A program made the translations under genes and the position numbers. DNA of 64,000 nucleotides from Candidatus Eiseniibacteriota bacterium (GTDB lineage Bacteria > Eisenbacteria > RBG-16-71-46 > JABDJR01): positions 224,001-288,000 of the forward strand of contig CAWANH010000029.1 of NCBI GenBank assembly GCA_963783375.1, written 5' to 3'. The notes under the pieces were generated by a model. That model ran no database searches. It saw nothing but the letters and a program-made list of their open reading frames with translations, and was not told where the DNA came from. This document shows positions 51,537 through 61,363 of this stretch, in pieces. Every line of letters starts with the position of its first letter. Within the stretch, counting starts at the first letter, position 1.

Positions 51537-52888
51537 GTGTTGACCGTCATCCTCGGCCTTCTCGTGTTCAGCGTGCTGGTCATCTTCCACGAGGCCGGCC
51601 ACTTCGTCGTGGCCCGCTGGATGGGCATCCGGGTCGAGCGATTCTCCATCGGGTTCGGTCCGGTGGTGCTCTCGCGGGTCTGGGGAGGCGTCCAGTACGC
51701 GATCTCCGCGTTTCCCCTCGGCGGGTACGTGAAGATGGGGGGGATGATCCGCGTGAGCGCGAAGCTCTCCAGCCGGGGGACTTCTTCGCCGCGTCCTGGT
51801 GGCGGCGCGTCCTGGTGGCGTTCGCGGGGCCCGGCGCCAACTTCGTCCTGGCGGTGCTCCTCAGCATCGTGCTCCTCTGGGTGGGGATCGGCTACCCGGA
51901 CGCCCCCAACGTCGTGGGGGGGGTCAAGGCGGGGACCATCGCCGACAGCCTGGGCTTCGCCGCGGGGGACCGGGTCACCGCGGTGGATGGAGTGCCGGTG
52001 AGTTCACGCGTGGATTTCGGGGTGAAGCTGGACCACCGGTTGAAGGCCGACCGGTCCCCGGGGAGCGAGGCGCCCCTGGCGCTTTCCGTTGAGCGGAACG
52101 GGGACGTCATCCGGATCGATGTCCCGCGGTCGCGGGTCGGGGACCTGCTCGGATCGCTCGAATTTCCCATCCCCGCCGAGGTGGGCGAGGTCGTGCCGGG
52201 GATGCCCGCATACAAGTCGGGCCTCCAGGTGGGGGACAGGATCCTCGCCGTCGACGGGAAGCCGGTGACCAACTGGTCCGACATGACCGAGGGGATCATC
52301 GGAAACCCCGGCCGGGAGATCACCCTCACCATCGAGCGCGACGGGCGCACCGTGCAGCTTCCCATCACCCCGGATGCCGAGACGGTGGACGGAAAGGCGG
52401 TGGGAAGAATCGGCATCGGCGCCAAGAGCCTGGGTCGGTACGTGGAGCGGTTCGGCTTCATGGAGGGAATCGTGCAGGGACCGGGCCTCGCGGTGTCCGC
52501 GGTGTGGGGCACGGCGCAGGGCATCGCATCGCTCTTCTCCAGCTTCTCCAAGCTGCAGCAGATCAGCGGCCCGGTGGCCATCATCCAGGCTTCGGGTGAC
52601 GCGGCCAAAGCCGGATGGGACCGCCTCCTGAACCTCGGGGTGATCCTGTCGGTGGCCCTCATGGTCTTCAATCTCCTACCCATCCCGATCCTGGACGGCG
52701 GCATGGTGCTCCTGGCCGTGCTGGAAGCGGTGCGGCGGCGACCCCTCGGGGAGAAAGGGCTGGCCATATACCAGGGGGTCGGCATGGCCGTCCTCGGGAC
52801 CATTCTCATCTTCGTCCTCATCAACGACCCGCTCCGTATTCTTCAGCGGCACAACGCGCTGGGACGGATCGGCGATCTCGCTCCGTAA
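51537..52888 (+). CDS. rseP: RIP metalloprotease RseP with PDZ domains; apparent frameshift in the G7 run at 51737-51743
   Basis: HEAGH, FSIGFG and PLGGYVKM in the first frame; AGPGAN, two PDZ domains and [11 protein letters not shown] in the next frame. Confidence 0.92.
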
Positions 52889-52906
52889 GCCGCCGGAGCC
52901 CCCGGA

Positions 52907-54853
52907 TTGAGGCGCCCGCTCGCAGTCCTCGCGCTCGCCCTCCTCGGGATCTGGGGGTGTGGTCGTGCCCAGAGCGGCCTGCTTCTCCTGGAGAAGCTTC
53001 CCGACATCGCTTCCATCACCATCGACGGGAACCATGTCTTCGACGATGGAACCCTGAAGGGGCTCATGACCCTCCGAGCCGGGCACTGGTGGAATCCGTT
53101 CGGGGACCACAAGTTCCGGAAGGCCCAGCTCGACACCGACGTCCAGGCCATCCTCACCTACTACATGCGTCACGGCTATCTCCGGGCCCGGCTGGTGGAC
53201 CGGGAATTGCGTCGTGACGGGGATGAGATCCACATCACCCTGACCTTCGAGGAGGGGCAGCCGGTGGTGGTGGACGAGGTGGTGATCCGGGGGGCGCGGG
53301 CGCTGAATCCCAACGACCTCCGGAAGAAGCTGGCCATCAATCCGGACCATCCCATGGATCCCTTCAAGCTGGAGAACGACCGGCGGCTGATCCTGCGCAC
53401 CCTGGCCGATCAGGGATACTGGGAAGCGTCGGTGGACGCCAACGTGCAGTTCTTCGGAAACCAGGCCCTGGTGTTCTACGTTCTGGACGAGGGGGACCCG
53501 GTCACCGTACGCGAACTCACGGTTCAGGGCACCAAAGAGGTGCCGAAACGGCTGGCCTACCGGGAGATCTCGGTCAAGGAAGGCGGGCGCCTGGAGCTGG
53601 ATGACCTGGTCAAGAGCCAGACCCGCCTCCTTCAGAGCGGATACTTCGCCGACGCCCAGTGGGACACCACGGGCCTCGACACCACCGCCAACGACATCGG
53701 CGTCGATTTCCGGGTGCGCGAGCGGCGGCTTCACTGGGTGGAAACCGGAATCGGTGTGACCAGCCAGGAGCAGGTGCGATTCACCGGGGGATGGGGGTCG
53801 CGGAGCTTCGTGGGGACCGGGATGCGGTTCGCGGTGACCTCACGCACCGAGTTCGATTTCACCGGCCGGCTGCCCAGCGCGCTCGGCAACCACCGCACCG
53901 ACGTCCTCCTCAACCAGCCCCACCTGCTCGGCACCCGCTGGGAGGGCCAGCCCTCGGTCTACTACCTCTTCGACCGGGAGCACGTGGTTCTACCCGCCCT
54001 CGACTACGACTACTCCCAGCAGGTGGTGGATGCCGGGGTGAGCGCCCGCCGGGCGATCGGGAATCTCCGGAGCCAGATCGTCCTTTCGCTGGAGAATCGC
54101 TGGGTCTACAACAACGCCGACTCCGCGGCCCGCTACAGCGACCCCCAGCTCTTCCGGGACTTCTATCAGACCCGTCTTCTGACCGGGCGGGTGGAACGGG
54201 ACACCCGGAACGACTTCTTCAACCCCTCCCGCGGGGGGTACGAGAACCTGACCCTGGAATCCGCCGGCGGCGCTCTCGGGGGGAACAACGCGTTCCAGAA
54301 GGGCACGGGGAGCATCAGCCGCTACACCCCCGCCCCGGTGGACGGATGGGTACTGGCCGGCCGCCTCCAGCTCGGCTACATCCACCCCTCTTCCAACGCG
54401 ACCAGCGTGGCCGGGCGCCCCATCACCTCCCGGGTGGAGCTGATTCCTTCCGAGGACCGCTACCGGTTGGGAGGATCCAGCACGGTGCGGGGTTATCAGC
54501 TGGACGCCCTGACCGGGGTCTCCGGTCCCGACCAGCCCGCCGGGGGTCTGGTGGAGCTGCTGGGAAACGTGGAGGTCCGGATGCCGCTCTTCTGGCGGCT
54601 CTCCACCGTGACCTTCTTCGACGCCGGCAACGTGTGGCAGGACCGGGAAGAGCTCAAGTGGTCGCGGTTCGTTCCCCACGTCAACTCGGCGGAAGTGAAC
54701 CCGTTCGACGTTCGCTACAGCTACGGCCTCGGACTCCGCGTGGCCACCCCCGTGGGTCCCATCCGGGTGGACTACGCCCGCAAGTGGAACAGCCCGCTGA
54801 CCGTCGACGAAGGAAAGGGGAGATGGCATGTCGCCCTCGGACAGGCGTTCTAG
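52907..54853 (+). CDS. Omp85 family (TamA/TamL/BamA-like) outer membrane protein with POTRA domains
   Basis: Lipobox-like IWGC, POTRA-like repeats (ITIDGN..L), GGSSTVRGY, FFDAGNVW, TPVGPIRVDY and terminal LGQAF. Confidence 0.9.
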   Translation: MRRPLAVLALALLGIWGCGRAQSGLLLLEKLPDIASITIDGNHVFDDGTLKGLMTLRAGHWWNPFGDHKFRKAQLDTDVQAILTYYMRHGYLRARLVDRELRRDGDEIHITLTFEEGQPVVVDEVVIRGARALNPNDLRKKLAINPDHPMDPFKLENDRRLILRTLADQGYWEASVDANVQFFGNQALVFYVLDEGDPVTVRELTVQGTKEVPKRLAYREISVKEGGRLELDDLVKSQTRLLQSGYFADAQWDTTGLDTTANDIGVDFRVRERRLHWVETGIGVTSQEQVRFTGGWGSRSFVGTGMRFAVTSRTEFDFTGRLPSALGNHRTDVLLNQPHLLGTRWEGQPSVYYLFDREHVVLPALDYDYSQQVVDAGVSARRAIGNLRSQIVLSLENRWVYNNADSAARYSDPQLFRDFYQTRLLTGRVERDTRNDFFNPSRGGYENLTLESAGGALGGNNAFQKGTGSISRYTPAPVDGWVLAGRLQLGYIHPSSNATSVAGRPITSRVELIPSEDRYRLGGSSTVRGYQLDALTGVSGPDQPAGGLVELLGNVEVRMPLFWRLSTVTFFDAGNVWQDREELKWSRFVPHVNSAEVNPFDVRYSYGLGLRVATPVGPIRVDYARKWNSPLTVDEGKGRWHVALGQAF

Positions 54854-57800
54854 GCGCCGCGCCGTCCTCCACGGGTCCTTCAAGTGGACCGGCCGCGCGG
54901 TGGCCGCCCTGATCCTGCTCGTGGTCCTGATCGCGGCGGCGGCGACGTTCATATGGGCGACTCAGGGGAAGTTCATCGCCGGCAAGGCGGCCGGATTCGT
55001 GAACCGCACCCTGCTAGGAGAGGACAGTCGGCTGATCATCGGCGACGTCACGGGGGTGCCGTTCCGCCACCTCGTCCTGGACGAGGTGCGCCTGGAGCGG
55101 AAGGGGGCCGAAGGATGGTTCCCCTTCCTGAGCGCGCACCGGATCGCGGTGAGCTACGACCTGTGGGGGATCCTCCACGGCCAGTACAGCGCGTCCCGGC
55201 TGGAAGCGGACAGCCTCCGGGTCGACCTCCGGCGAACCCCGGACCAGGGCTATCTCCTGCCCGGGGGGAGGTCCGGTGGGGAGAAGTCGCGCGGGGGCGG
55301 GCTGCCCGCGTTCAAGGTGGGGAACCTGGTCCTTCGCGGCGGATCGCTCCGGGTGGATCTCCCCTGGCGGACCCTGCAGATGGATTCGGTGGGCGCCACC
55401 GTGTCGGTGGAGTCGGGAAAGCGGGGGCTGAACATCAGGGTGGACAATCTGACCGGGGATCTCGGGGGCGAGTTGGGACGTCTGGACGTGGTGAAGGGCG
55501 GCTTCGTGGTCGGGGATACCCTGCGGATCGAGAAGCTGCGCGGCCTCTGGTCCGGTTCCCCCTTCTTCGTGGACGGCGTTCCCGGCGGGGAGCACACCGA
55601 CCTGGACCTCCGCTTCGGCGACTTCCCCCTCGCCCGCCTGGGGGCGCTCCTGGACCAGCCCAAGCTCGATCCCGGCGTCGTGGACACCCTGACCGCCCAT
55701 GTCGGCCGCTCCGCCGGCGCGCTCGACTTCACCTGGCGGGGGACGGGGAGATGGGGGGACTACCGGCTGACCGATTCCTCGGGGGAGGGCCGCCTCGGGG
55801 ACGAGGAGCTGGTGCTCGACAACCTCGAGGGCACGGTGAACGGGGCGGCTCTGAGCCATTTCCGGATCGGGATCCCGCTCCGCGACCCCGGGCTTACCCT
55901 GGCCGGCCGGTTCCGGAACGTCCGGCTGCAAAAGCTCGGGGTGGCGGCGCTGGCCAACTATCCGGGAACCCTGGACGGGGAGGGCCGGGTCGTCCTCACC
56001 GACCGTAACGACCCGGTGGCCGGATTCCGCGCCCGGCTCAACCTATCCGGGGCGCACTTCATGGAGATCCCCTTCCGGAACGCCCTCCTGGTGGCGCGGA
56101 GCGAAAACGGGTCCTTCAGCCTGGATTCGGTGCGGGTCGATCTCGCCCAGGCCTCGATCCGGGGCGGGGGGACGGTGGGCGACCGCGACCTGAGCCTGGG
56201 GTTCACCTACGACGGGGACCTGAAACCCTGGCGCCGGTTCCTCAAGCAGGAGGAGCTGTCCGGAAGCGGACTCCTGCACGTCCGGCTCACCGGTACCCGG
56301 ACCCATCCCTATCTGAGCGCCCAGGGGAAGCTCATCCACCTGCACGCGGCCCAGGTCGAGGCGCCGGTGGTGGAGCTGCACCGCGCGGAGGGGACCGCGG
56401 CCAACCCCCGGCACCTCGAGGTGGAGTTCCAGGCGCCCCAGGGTCTGACCGTGGCCGGTACGTTCTTCTCGAGCGCGGCGGGGAGCCTCACCGTGAACGA
56501 CAGTCTTCTGGTGGCGCGCTCCCTCATGCTCTCGCGCGGGGACACCACGGTGACGGTGGCGGGGACGGTGCGGTGGGAACCCTTCATCCGCGCGGAGATC
56601 GCCGAGGCCCGGGCCGAGCTCGACGGGCGCAGGTTCTGGGTCGACACCGGGAGTACGGTGATTTTCCGGGACAAGGTGCTCTCCACCCCGGGGGTCTACA
56701 TCCGCTCTCCCCGGGGCTCGGTGAAGGCGGAAGGGAGGTGGAACACCGCGTCCAACGCCATCGAAGGGCGGTTCACTCTCGAGGACCTCGATTTCTCGGT
56801 CTTCTTTCCCCCCCAGCACCCGCCCGCGGTCCGGGTGGGATCGGCCACCGGAGTCGTGGACCTCTCCGGCACCGCGCCGATTCTGGACGGGGACGCCCGC
56901 ATCACCCTCAGGGCGGTGGACTGGGATGGCGGCCATCTCGACAGCCTGCGCGCCGAGCTCAAGGTCTCGGATCGCGACATCCACGTGGAGCAGCTTCAGA
57001 CCGCCCTCGGCACCGGCCTGGTCCGGGTGTCGGGATCGGTGCGGCTTCCCAAGCCCCTGTATCAGACCCTCGAGGCGATGGCGGTGGGCCCGGAGATCGA
57101 CCCCGACAGCCTCACCTGGGACCTGACCGGTTCGGTCACCGGGGTGCGCCTCTTCGAGTGGCTGTCCTTCGTGCCCCGCCCGGACCGGCCGTCGGGACGG
57201 GCCGACGCCAGGTTGCGGTTGGGCGGCTCCGCCGCCGACCCCCGCATGCACCTGAGCGCCACCCTGCGGAAGCTGGTGTGGCGGAAGTTCGAGGCGGACA
57301 GCCTCGAGGCCCGGTTGACCTACGCCCGGGGCTCGGTGACCGTGGACACCCTGAGCACCTGGCAGGGCACCAAGCGCGTGGGGGTCACCGGGACGGCGCC
57401 CCTGGATCTCACCCTCTACCCGTTCTCCTATGAGCTTCCCGACCGACAGATGGACCTCCACGTGGACGCCAAGGAAGGGGACCTCAACAACCTCCGGCTC
57501 ACCCCGTGGATCGCCGAGGCGGAGGGTACCCTCGAGGCCCAGATACGGATCTTCGGCACGCCGGCCATGCCTCTCCTCGACGGGCGGGCCCGGGTGGTCG
57601 ACGCCACCATCCGCCCCACCGATCGGGACGAGGTGCTGACGAAGGTGACCGCGGACATCGAGTTCGACCGCGACCTGGTCACGGTGACGGACGCCCGCGC
57701 GGATATGGGAGGGGGCACGGTCACCGCCCAGGGCACCTACCGCCTTCATGCCAGTGAGACCGAGTCCTACGAGATGGTGGTGAACTTCGACAAGGCGGTG

Positions 57801-58778
57801 GTGCGTCAGGAGGGGACCTACGCCGCCCGGGTCTCCGGCAAGATCACCTTGAAGCCCATCCGCGCCTCGGACGGCCTGGTCTACCCCTATGCCGACGGCG
57901 ACATCTTCGTCCACCGGGCCGAGTACGCGGGGACCCTCCAGCCCCAGGACATCGGGCAGTTCAAACCCCAGCCCATTCTCTACAACGTGCGGCTGAACGC
58001 TCCCAACAAGGTGATCATCGTCACCGAGGACGTGAACGTGGAGCTCGGAGGCGAGGTCACGGTGCGCCAGGGGGTGGACTCGCGGTCGGTGCTGGGGGAG
58101 ATGGACATCCTTCACGGTACCTACCAGCTCTTCCTGGAGGACTTCCGCATCACCGACGGCAAGCTGACCTGGAACAACCCCTCCACCGTGCTCCCCCAGA
58201 TGGACGTGACCGCACAGACCCAGGTCGCGGGGTACATGATCGTGGTGCGCCTCACTGGCCCGGCCGATGAGCCTGTGATACAGTTCTCCGCTCAATCGCT
58301 GGAAACGGGGTCCGACGCGGGGCTGACCCAGAGCGAGATCATCCAGCTCCTGGCGGTGGGATCGCTGGGCCTCTCCCCGGGAACCGTGGGGATGAAGACC
58401 GGGGAGACCCAACCCAACGGTACCGGTCCCGGAGTGGAGCAGGGGGCCATCGGGCTGGCGGGGGGCCTCTTCGCCGGCCAGCTCGGACAGGAACTGGCGC
58501 GCCAGATCGGGATCGTGGATGAGCTGAAGTTCCAGACCGGTTTCGAGGAAGGGAAGTTCGGAGCCTCGGTAGAGGCGCGCAAGTGGCTCACCTCCGAGCT
58601 GTCCCTGGACTACCGGCAGGGTCTGAGCCGCAACTTCGACCAGGACATCGCGGTGGAGTATCGCCTCGGGCGCTCTCTGTTCCTCCGCGGCGAGGCCTTG
58701 CGGCGCCAGGGCACGACCCAGAATCCCGGGACCACCCAGGAGTACAACGTCGATCTCAAGGTGCGGCACGAATACTGA
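54828..58778 (+). CDS. tamB: Translocation/assembly module TamB-like (AsmA/DUF490) protein
   Basis: 1316 aa, N-terminal TM anchor, long beta-taco sequence, repeated G....P motifs and a DUF490-like tail (LTGPADEP, LTQSEIIQLL). Overlaps the Omp85 gene. Confidence 0.85.
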   Translation: MSPSDRRSRRRAVLHGSFKWTGRAVAALILLVVLIAAAATFIWATQGKFIAGKAAGFVNRTLLGEDSRLIIGDVTGVPFRHLVLDEVRLERKGAEGWFPFLSAHRIAVSYDLWGILHGQYSASRLEADSLRVDLRRTPDQGYLLPGGRSGGEKSRGGGLPAFKVGNLVLRGGSLRVDLPWRTLQMDSVGATVSVESGKRGLNIRVDNLTGDLGGELGRLDVVKGGFVVGDTLRIEKLRGLWSGSPFFVDGVPGGEHTDLDLRFGDFPLARLGALLDQPKLDPGVVDTLTAHVGRSAGALDFTWRGTGRWGDYRLTDSSGEGRLGDEELVLDNLEGTVNGAALSHFRIGIPLRDPGLTLAGRFRNVRLQKLGVAALANYPGTLDGEGRVVLTDRNDPVAGFRARLNLSGAHFMEIPFRNALLVARSENGSFSLDSVRVDLAQASIRGGGTVGDRDLSLGFTYDGDLKPWRRFLKQEELSGSGLLHVRLTGTRTHPYLSAQGKLIHLHAAQVEAPVVELHRAEGTAANPRHLEVEFQAPQGLTVAGTFFSSAAGSLTVNDSLLVARSLMLSRGDTTVTVAGTVRWEPFIRAEIAEARAELDGRRFWVDTGSTVIFRDKVLSTPGVYIRSPRGSVKAEGRWNTASNAIEGRFTLEDLDFSVFFPPQHPPAVRVGSATGVVDLSGTAPILDGDARITLRAVDWDGGHLDSLRAELKVSDRDIHVEQLQTALGTGLVRVSGSVRLPKPLYQTLEAMAVGPEIDPDSLTWDLTGSVTGVRLFEWLSFVPRPDRPSGRADARLRLGGSAADPRMHLSATLRKLVWRKFEADSLEARLTYARGSVTVDTLSTWQGTKRVGVTGTAPLDLTLYPFSYELPDRQMDLHVDAKEGDLNNLRLTPWIAEAEGTLEAQIRIFGTPAMPLLDGRARVVDATIRPTDRDEVLTKVTADIEFDRDLVTVTDARADMGGGTVTAQGTYRLHASETESYEMVVNFDKAVVRQEGTYAARVSGKITLKPIRASDGLVYPYADGDIFVHRAEYAGTLQPQDIGQFKPQPILYNVRLNAPNKVIIVTEDVNVELGGEVTVRQGVDSRSVLGEMDILHGTYQLFLEDFRITDGKLTWNNPSTVLPQMDVTAQTQVAGYMIVVRLTGPADEPVIQFSAQSLETGSDAGLTQSEIIQLLAVGSLGLSPGTVGMKTGETQPNGTGPGVEQGAIGLAGGLFAGQLGQELARQIGIVDELKFQTGFEEGKFGASVEARKWLTSELSLDYRQGLSRNFDQDIAVEYRLGRSLFLRGEALRRQGTTQNPGTTQEYNVDLKVRHEY

Positions 58779-58856
58779 TCCGCGCGCCCCGGTCCCGTGC
58801 TCCATTCTCACGCCGGCGCTTCCGGCGACCACGTTGCGACCGAGGGGGATTCGTAC

Positions 58857-61025
58857 TTGAGCCTGATCGATGAACTGAACGAGCACCAGCGCGAGGCGGT
58901 CCTGGCCACCGAGGGACCGCTCCTGGTCCTGGCCGGGGCGGGAAGCGGGAAGACCCGGGTGCTGACCTACCGCATCGCCCATCTCATCCTCGGGATGGGA
59001 GTGGCCCCGCGCTCGATCCTCGCCTTCACCTTCACCAACAAGGCGGCGGGGGAGATGCGGGAACGGGTGGCAGGGCTCCTGGGAGGCTCCCCGCGCGACC
59101 TCTGGGTGGGGACCTTTCACTCCACCGGGGTCCGCATCCTCCGGCTCAAGGGGAAGGATCTCGGCATCGACCCCGGCTTCTCGATCTACGACACCGACGA
59201 CCAGGAGGCGCTGATCCGCCGGATCCTCAAGGATCTGGAGATGGCGGAGCGGGACCTCACCCCCAAGACGGTGCGCTCGGCGATCTCCTCGGCCAAGAAC
59301 GCCCTCATGACCCCGAAGGAGTTCGAGGACCGGGCGGAGAGCTTCCGCGACCAGAAGATCGCCCGGGTGTTCGCCGAGTACAAGAACCGGCTCCGCTCGG
59401 CCAACGCCCTGGATTTCGACGACCTGATCGGGGAGCCCATCCGCCTCTTCGAGGAACATCCCGAGGTCCGGGATCTCTTCGCGGAACGGTTCCGGTACGT
59501 CCTGGTGGACGAGTTCCAGGACACCAACCCGGCCCAGATGCGGCTCATCGAACAGCTGGCCTCGGCCCACGAGAACCTGTGCGTGGTCGGGGACGACGAC
59601 CAGTCCATCTACGGCTGGCGCGGGGCCGACGTCCGGAACATCCTCTCCTTCGAGAGGCTCTACCCCAAGGCCCGGGCGGTGCGCCTGGAGCAGAACTACC
59701 GGTCCACCGGGATCATCCTCGACGCGGCCAACGCGGTGGTGCGACACAACCGGGCGCGGAAGGAGAAGACCCTCTGGACCGATCGGGAGGGGGGGGATCT
59801 CCTGAACGTCACCGTGGTCGGGGACGCCGAGGAAGAGGCGGTCCGGGTGGTGGCCGCGGTGGCCGAGGAGGTGAACCGGAAGGGGGTGCCCCTGGCCGAG
59901 GTGGCCATCCTCTACCGCACCAACGCCCAGAGCCGGGCCCTGGAGACCGCCTTCCGGAACGCGGCCGTTCCCTACGAGCTGGTGGGGGGGACCGCGTTCT
60001 ACCAGCGCCGCGAGGTCAAGGATCTCCTGGCCTACCTCCGGCTCCTGGTGAACCCCGACGACGACGTGGCCTTCGCCCGGGTGGTGAACGTCCCCAAGCG
60101 GGGAATCGGCGCCACCTCCCTGGAGCGCCTGGCCGTCCACGCCTACCGGGAGGGGACGAGCCTGTACCGGTCCCTGGCCACCGTCGGGGAGGCGGGGGAG
60201 ATCCCGGGCGGGGCGCGGAAGAAGCTCGCCGAGTTCCACGATCTGATCGAGGAGTTCAAGGGGCGGGCCGCGGACCCGGTGGACGAGGTGTTGAAGGAAA
60301 TCGTGGAGCGGCTGGGCTACCTGGACTTCCTGGAGCACGACGACCCCGACACCGCCGGCGACCGCGCCGAGAACCTCGAAGAGCTGGTGGCCGGCGCCCG
60401 GCTGTTCGCGGAGCGGAGCGAGGGCGGGGACGTGTCCGCCTTCCTGAACGAGGTGGCCCTCCTCACCGACGTGGATCGCGTGGACGAGAAGGCGGAGAAG
60501 GTTCGTCTCATGACCATCCACAACGCCAAGGGACTGGAGTTCCGGGTGGTATGCGTGGCCGGGATGGAAGAGGGGCTCCTCCCCCACGTCTCCTCCCAGG
60601 ACGATGACGACGCCCTGGAGGAGGAGCGGCGGCTGTTCTACGTGGCGCTGACCCGGGCCAAGGACCGGGTCCATCTCTACTCGGCCATGAGCCGCCAGCG
60701 GTGGGGGGGAACCACCACCGCGCTCCTCTCGCGCTTCGTGGAAGAGATCCCCGAGGCTCTCATGCGCGTGGAAGAGCGTCCCCGGGCCTGGGGCGGCGTC
60801 TCCCGCGCCCGCCGCTACGAGCGGGACCGCGGAGTGGAGTATGCGGAGCCGGGGCCGCGGCGGAGCCTCGGGACCATTCTGCACCCCACCTTCGGCCGCG
60901 GGGACGTGATCGGCCAGGACGGGACCGGCCCCGACGCCCGTCTCACCGTGGTCTTCGCCGGAAACGTGAAGAAGCGGATCGTGGCCCGCTACGCCCAATG
61001 GGAGGAAAGCCATGTCGACTACTGA
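58857..61025 (+). CDS. pcrA: ATP-dependent DNA helicase PcrA/UvrD
   Basis: LAGAGSGKT, FTNKAA, VDEFQDTN, VGDDDQSIY, LEQNYRST, MTIHNAKGLEF and EERRLFYVALTRA. Confidence 0.95.
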   Translation: MSLIDELNEHQREAVLATEGPLLVLAGAGSGKTRVLTYRIAHLILGMGVAPRSILAFTFTNKAAGEMRERVAGLLGGSPRDLWVGTFHSTGVRILRLKGKDLGIDPGFSIYDTDDQEALIRRILKDLEMAERDLTPKTVRSAISSAKNALMTPKEFEDRAESFRDQKIARVFAEYKNRLRSANALDFDDLIGEPIRLFEEHPEVRDLFAERFRYVLVDEFQDTNPAQMRLIEQLASAHENLCVVGDDDQSIYGWRGADVRNILSFERLYPKARAVRLEQNYRSTGIILDAANAVVRHNRARKEKTLWTDREGGDLLNVTVVGDAEEEAVRVVAAVAEEVNRKGVPLAEVAILYRTNAQSRALETAFRNAAVPYELVGGTAFYQRREVKDLLAYLRLLVNPDDDVAFARVVNVPKRGIGATSLERLAVHAYREGTSLYRSLATVGEAGEIPGGARKKLAEFHDLIEEFKGRAADPVDEVLKEIVERLGYLDFLEHDDPDTAGDRAENLEELVAGARLFAERSEGGDVSAFLNEVALLTDVDRVDEKAEKVRLMTIHNAKGLEFRVVCVAGMEEGLLPHVSSQDDDDALEEERRLFYVALTRAKDRVHLYSAMSRQRWGGTTTALLSRFVEEIPEALMRVEERPRAWGGVSRARRYERDRGVEYAEPGPRRSLGTILHPTFGRGDVIGQDGTGPDARLTVVFAGNVKKRIVARYAQWEESHVDY

Positions 61026-61063
61026 GCGGCGGAACCGGGGAGCGCCGGTTCCGGGAGTTCCCC

Positions 61064-61357
61064 GTGGCGGTCACTAGGAACGACGTCGACCGCGTGGCGC
61101 GGCTGGCCCACCTCGATCTCTCCGAGGACGAGGCGGCGGTGATGGAGCGGGACCTGAACGCCATCCTGGCCGTGGCGGAGCGGCTCTCCGCTCTGGACAC
61201 CCGGGGCATCGATCCCGCCGAGGGCTCCGGAGGCGAGGCAACCCCGCTCCGCGAGGACATCGAGCGGTCGTGGCTCTCGCCCGGCGAGGCCACCGCCGCC
61301 GCCCCCGAAGCGCGGGAGGGCCTGTTCGAGGTTCCCCCGGCCATCGGGACCGAGTAA
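61064..61357 (+). CDS. gatC: Asp/Glu-tRNA amidotransferase subunit C
   Basis: DVDRVARLAHL, LREDI and AP....GLFEVP; lies directly before gatA. Confidence 0.9.
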   Translation: MAVTRNDVDRVARLAHLDLSEDEAAVMERDLNAILAVAERLSALDTRGIDPAEGSGGEATPLREDIERSWLSPGEATAAAPEAREGLFEVPPAIGTE

Positions 61358-61363
61358 CCCGCG

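Noticed and set aside
56043-61013. Very long antisense ORFs (1656 aa here; also 30303-33644, 35249-38158, 38218-40818, 13527-16040, 759-3104)
   Set aside because: They are shadow frames of real genes in high-GC DNA, where stop codons are scarce. The translations have no recognisable motifs.
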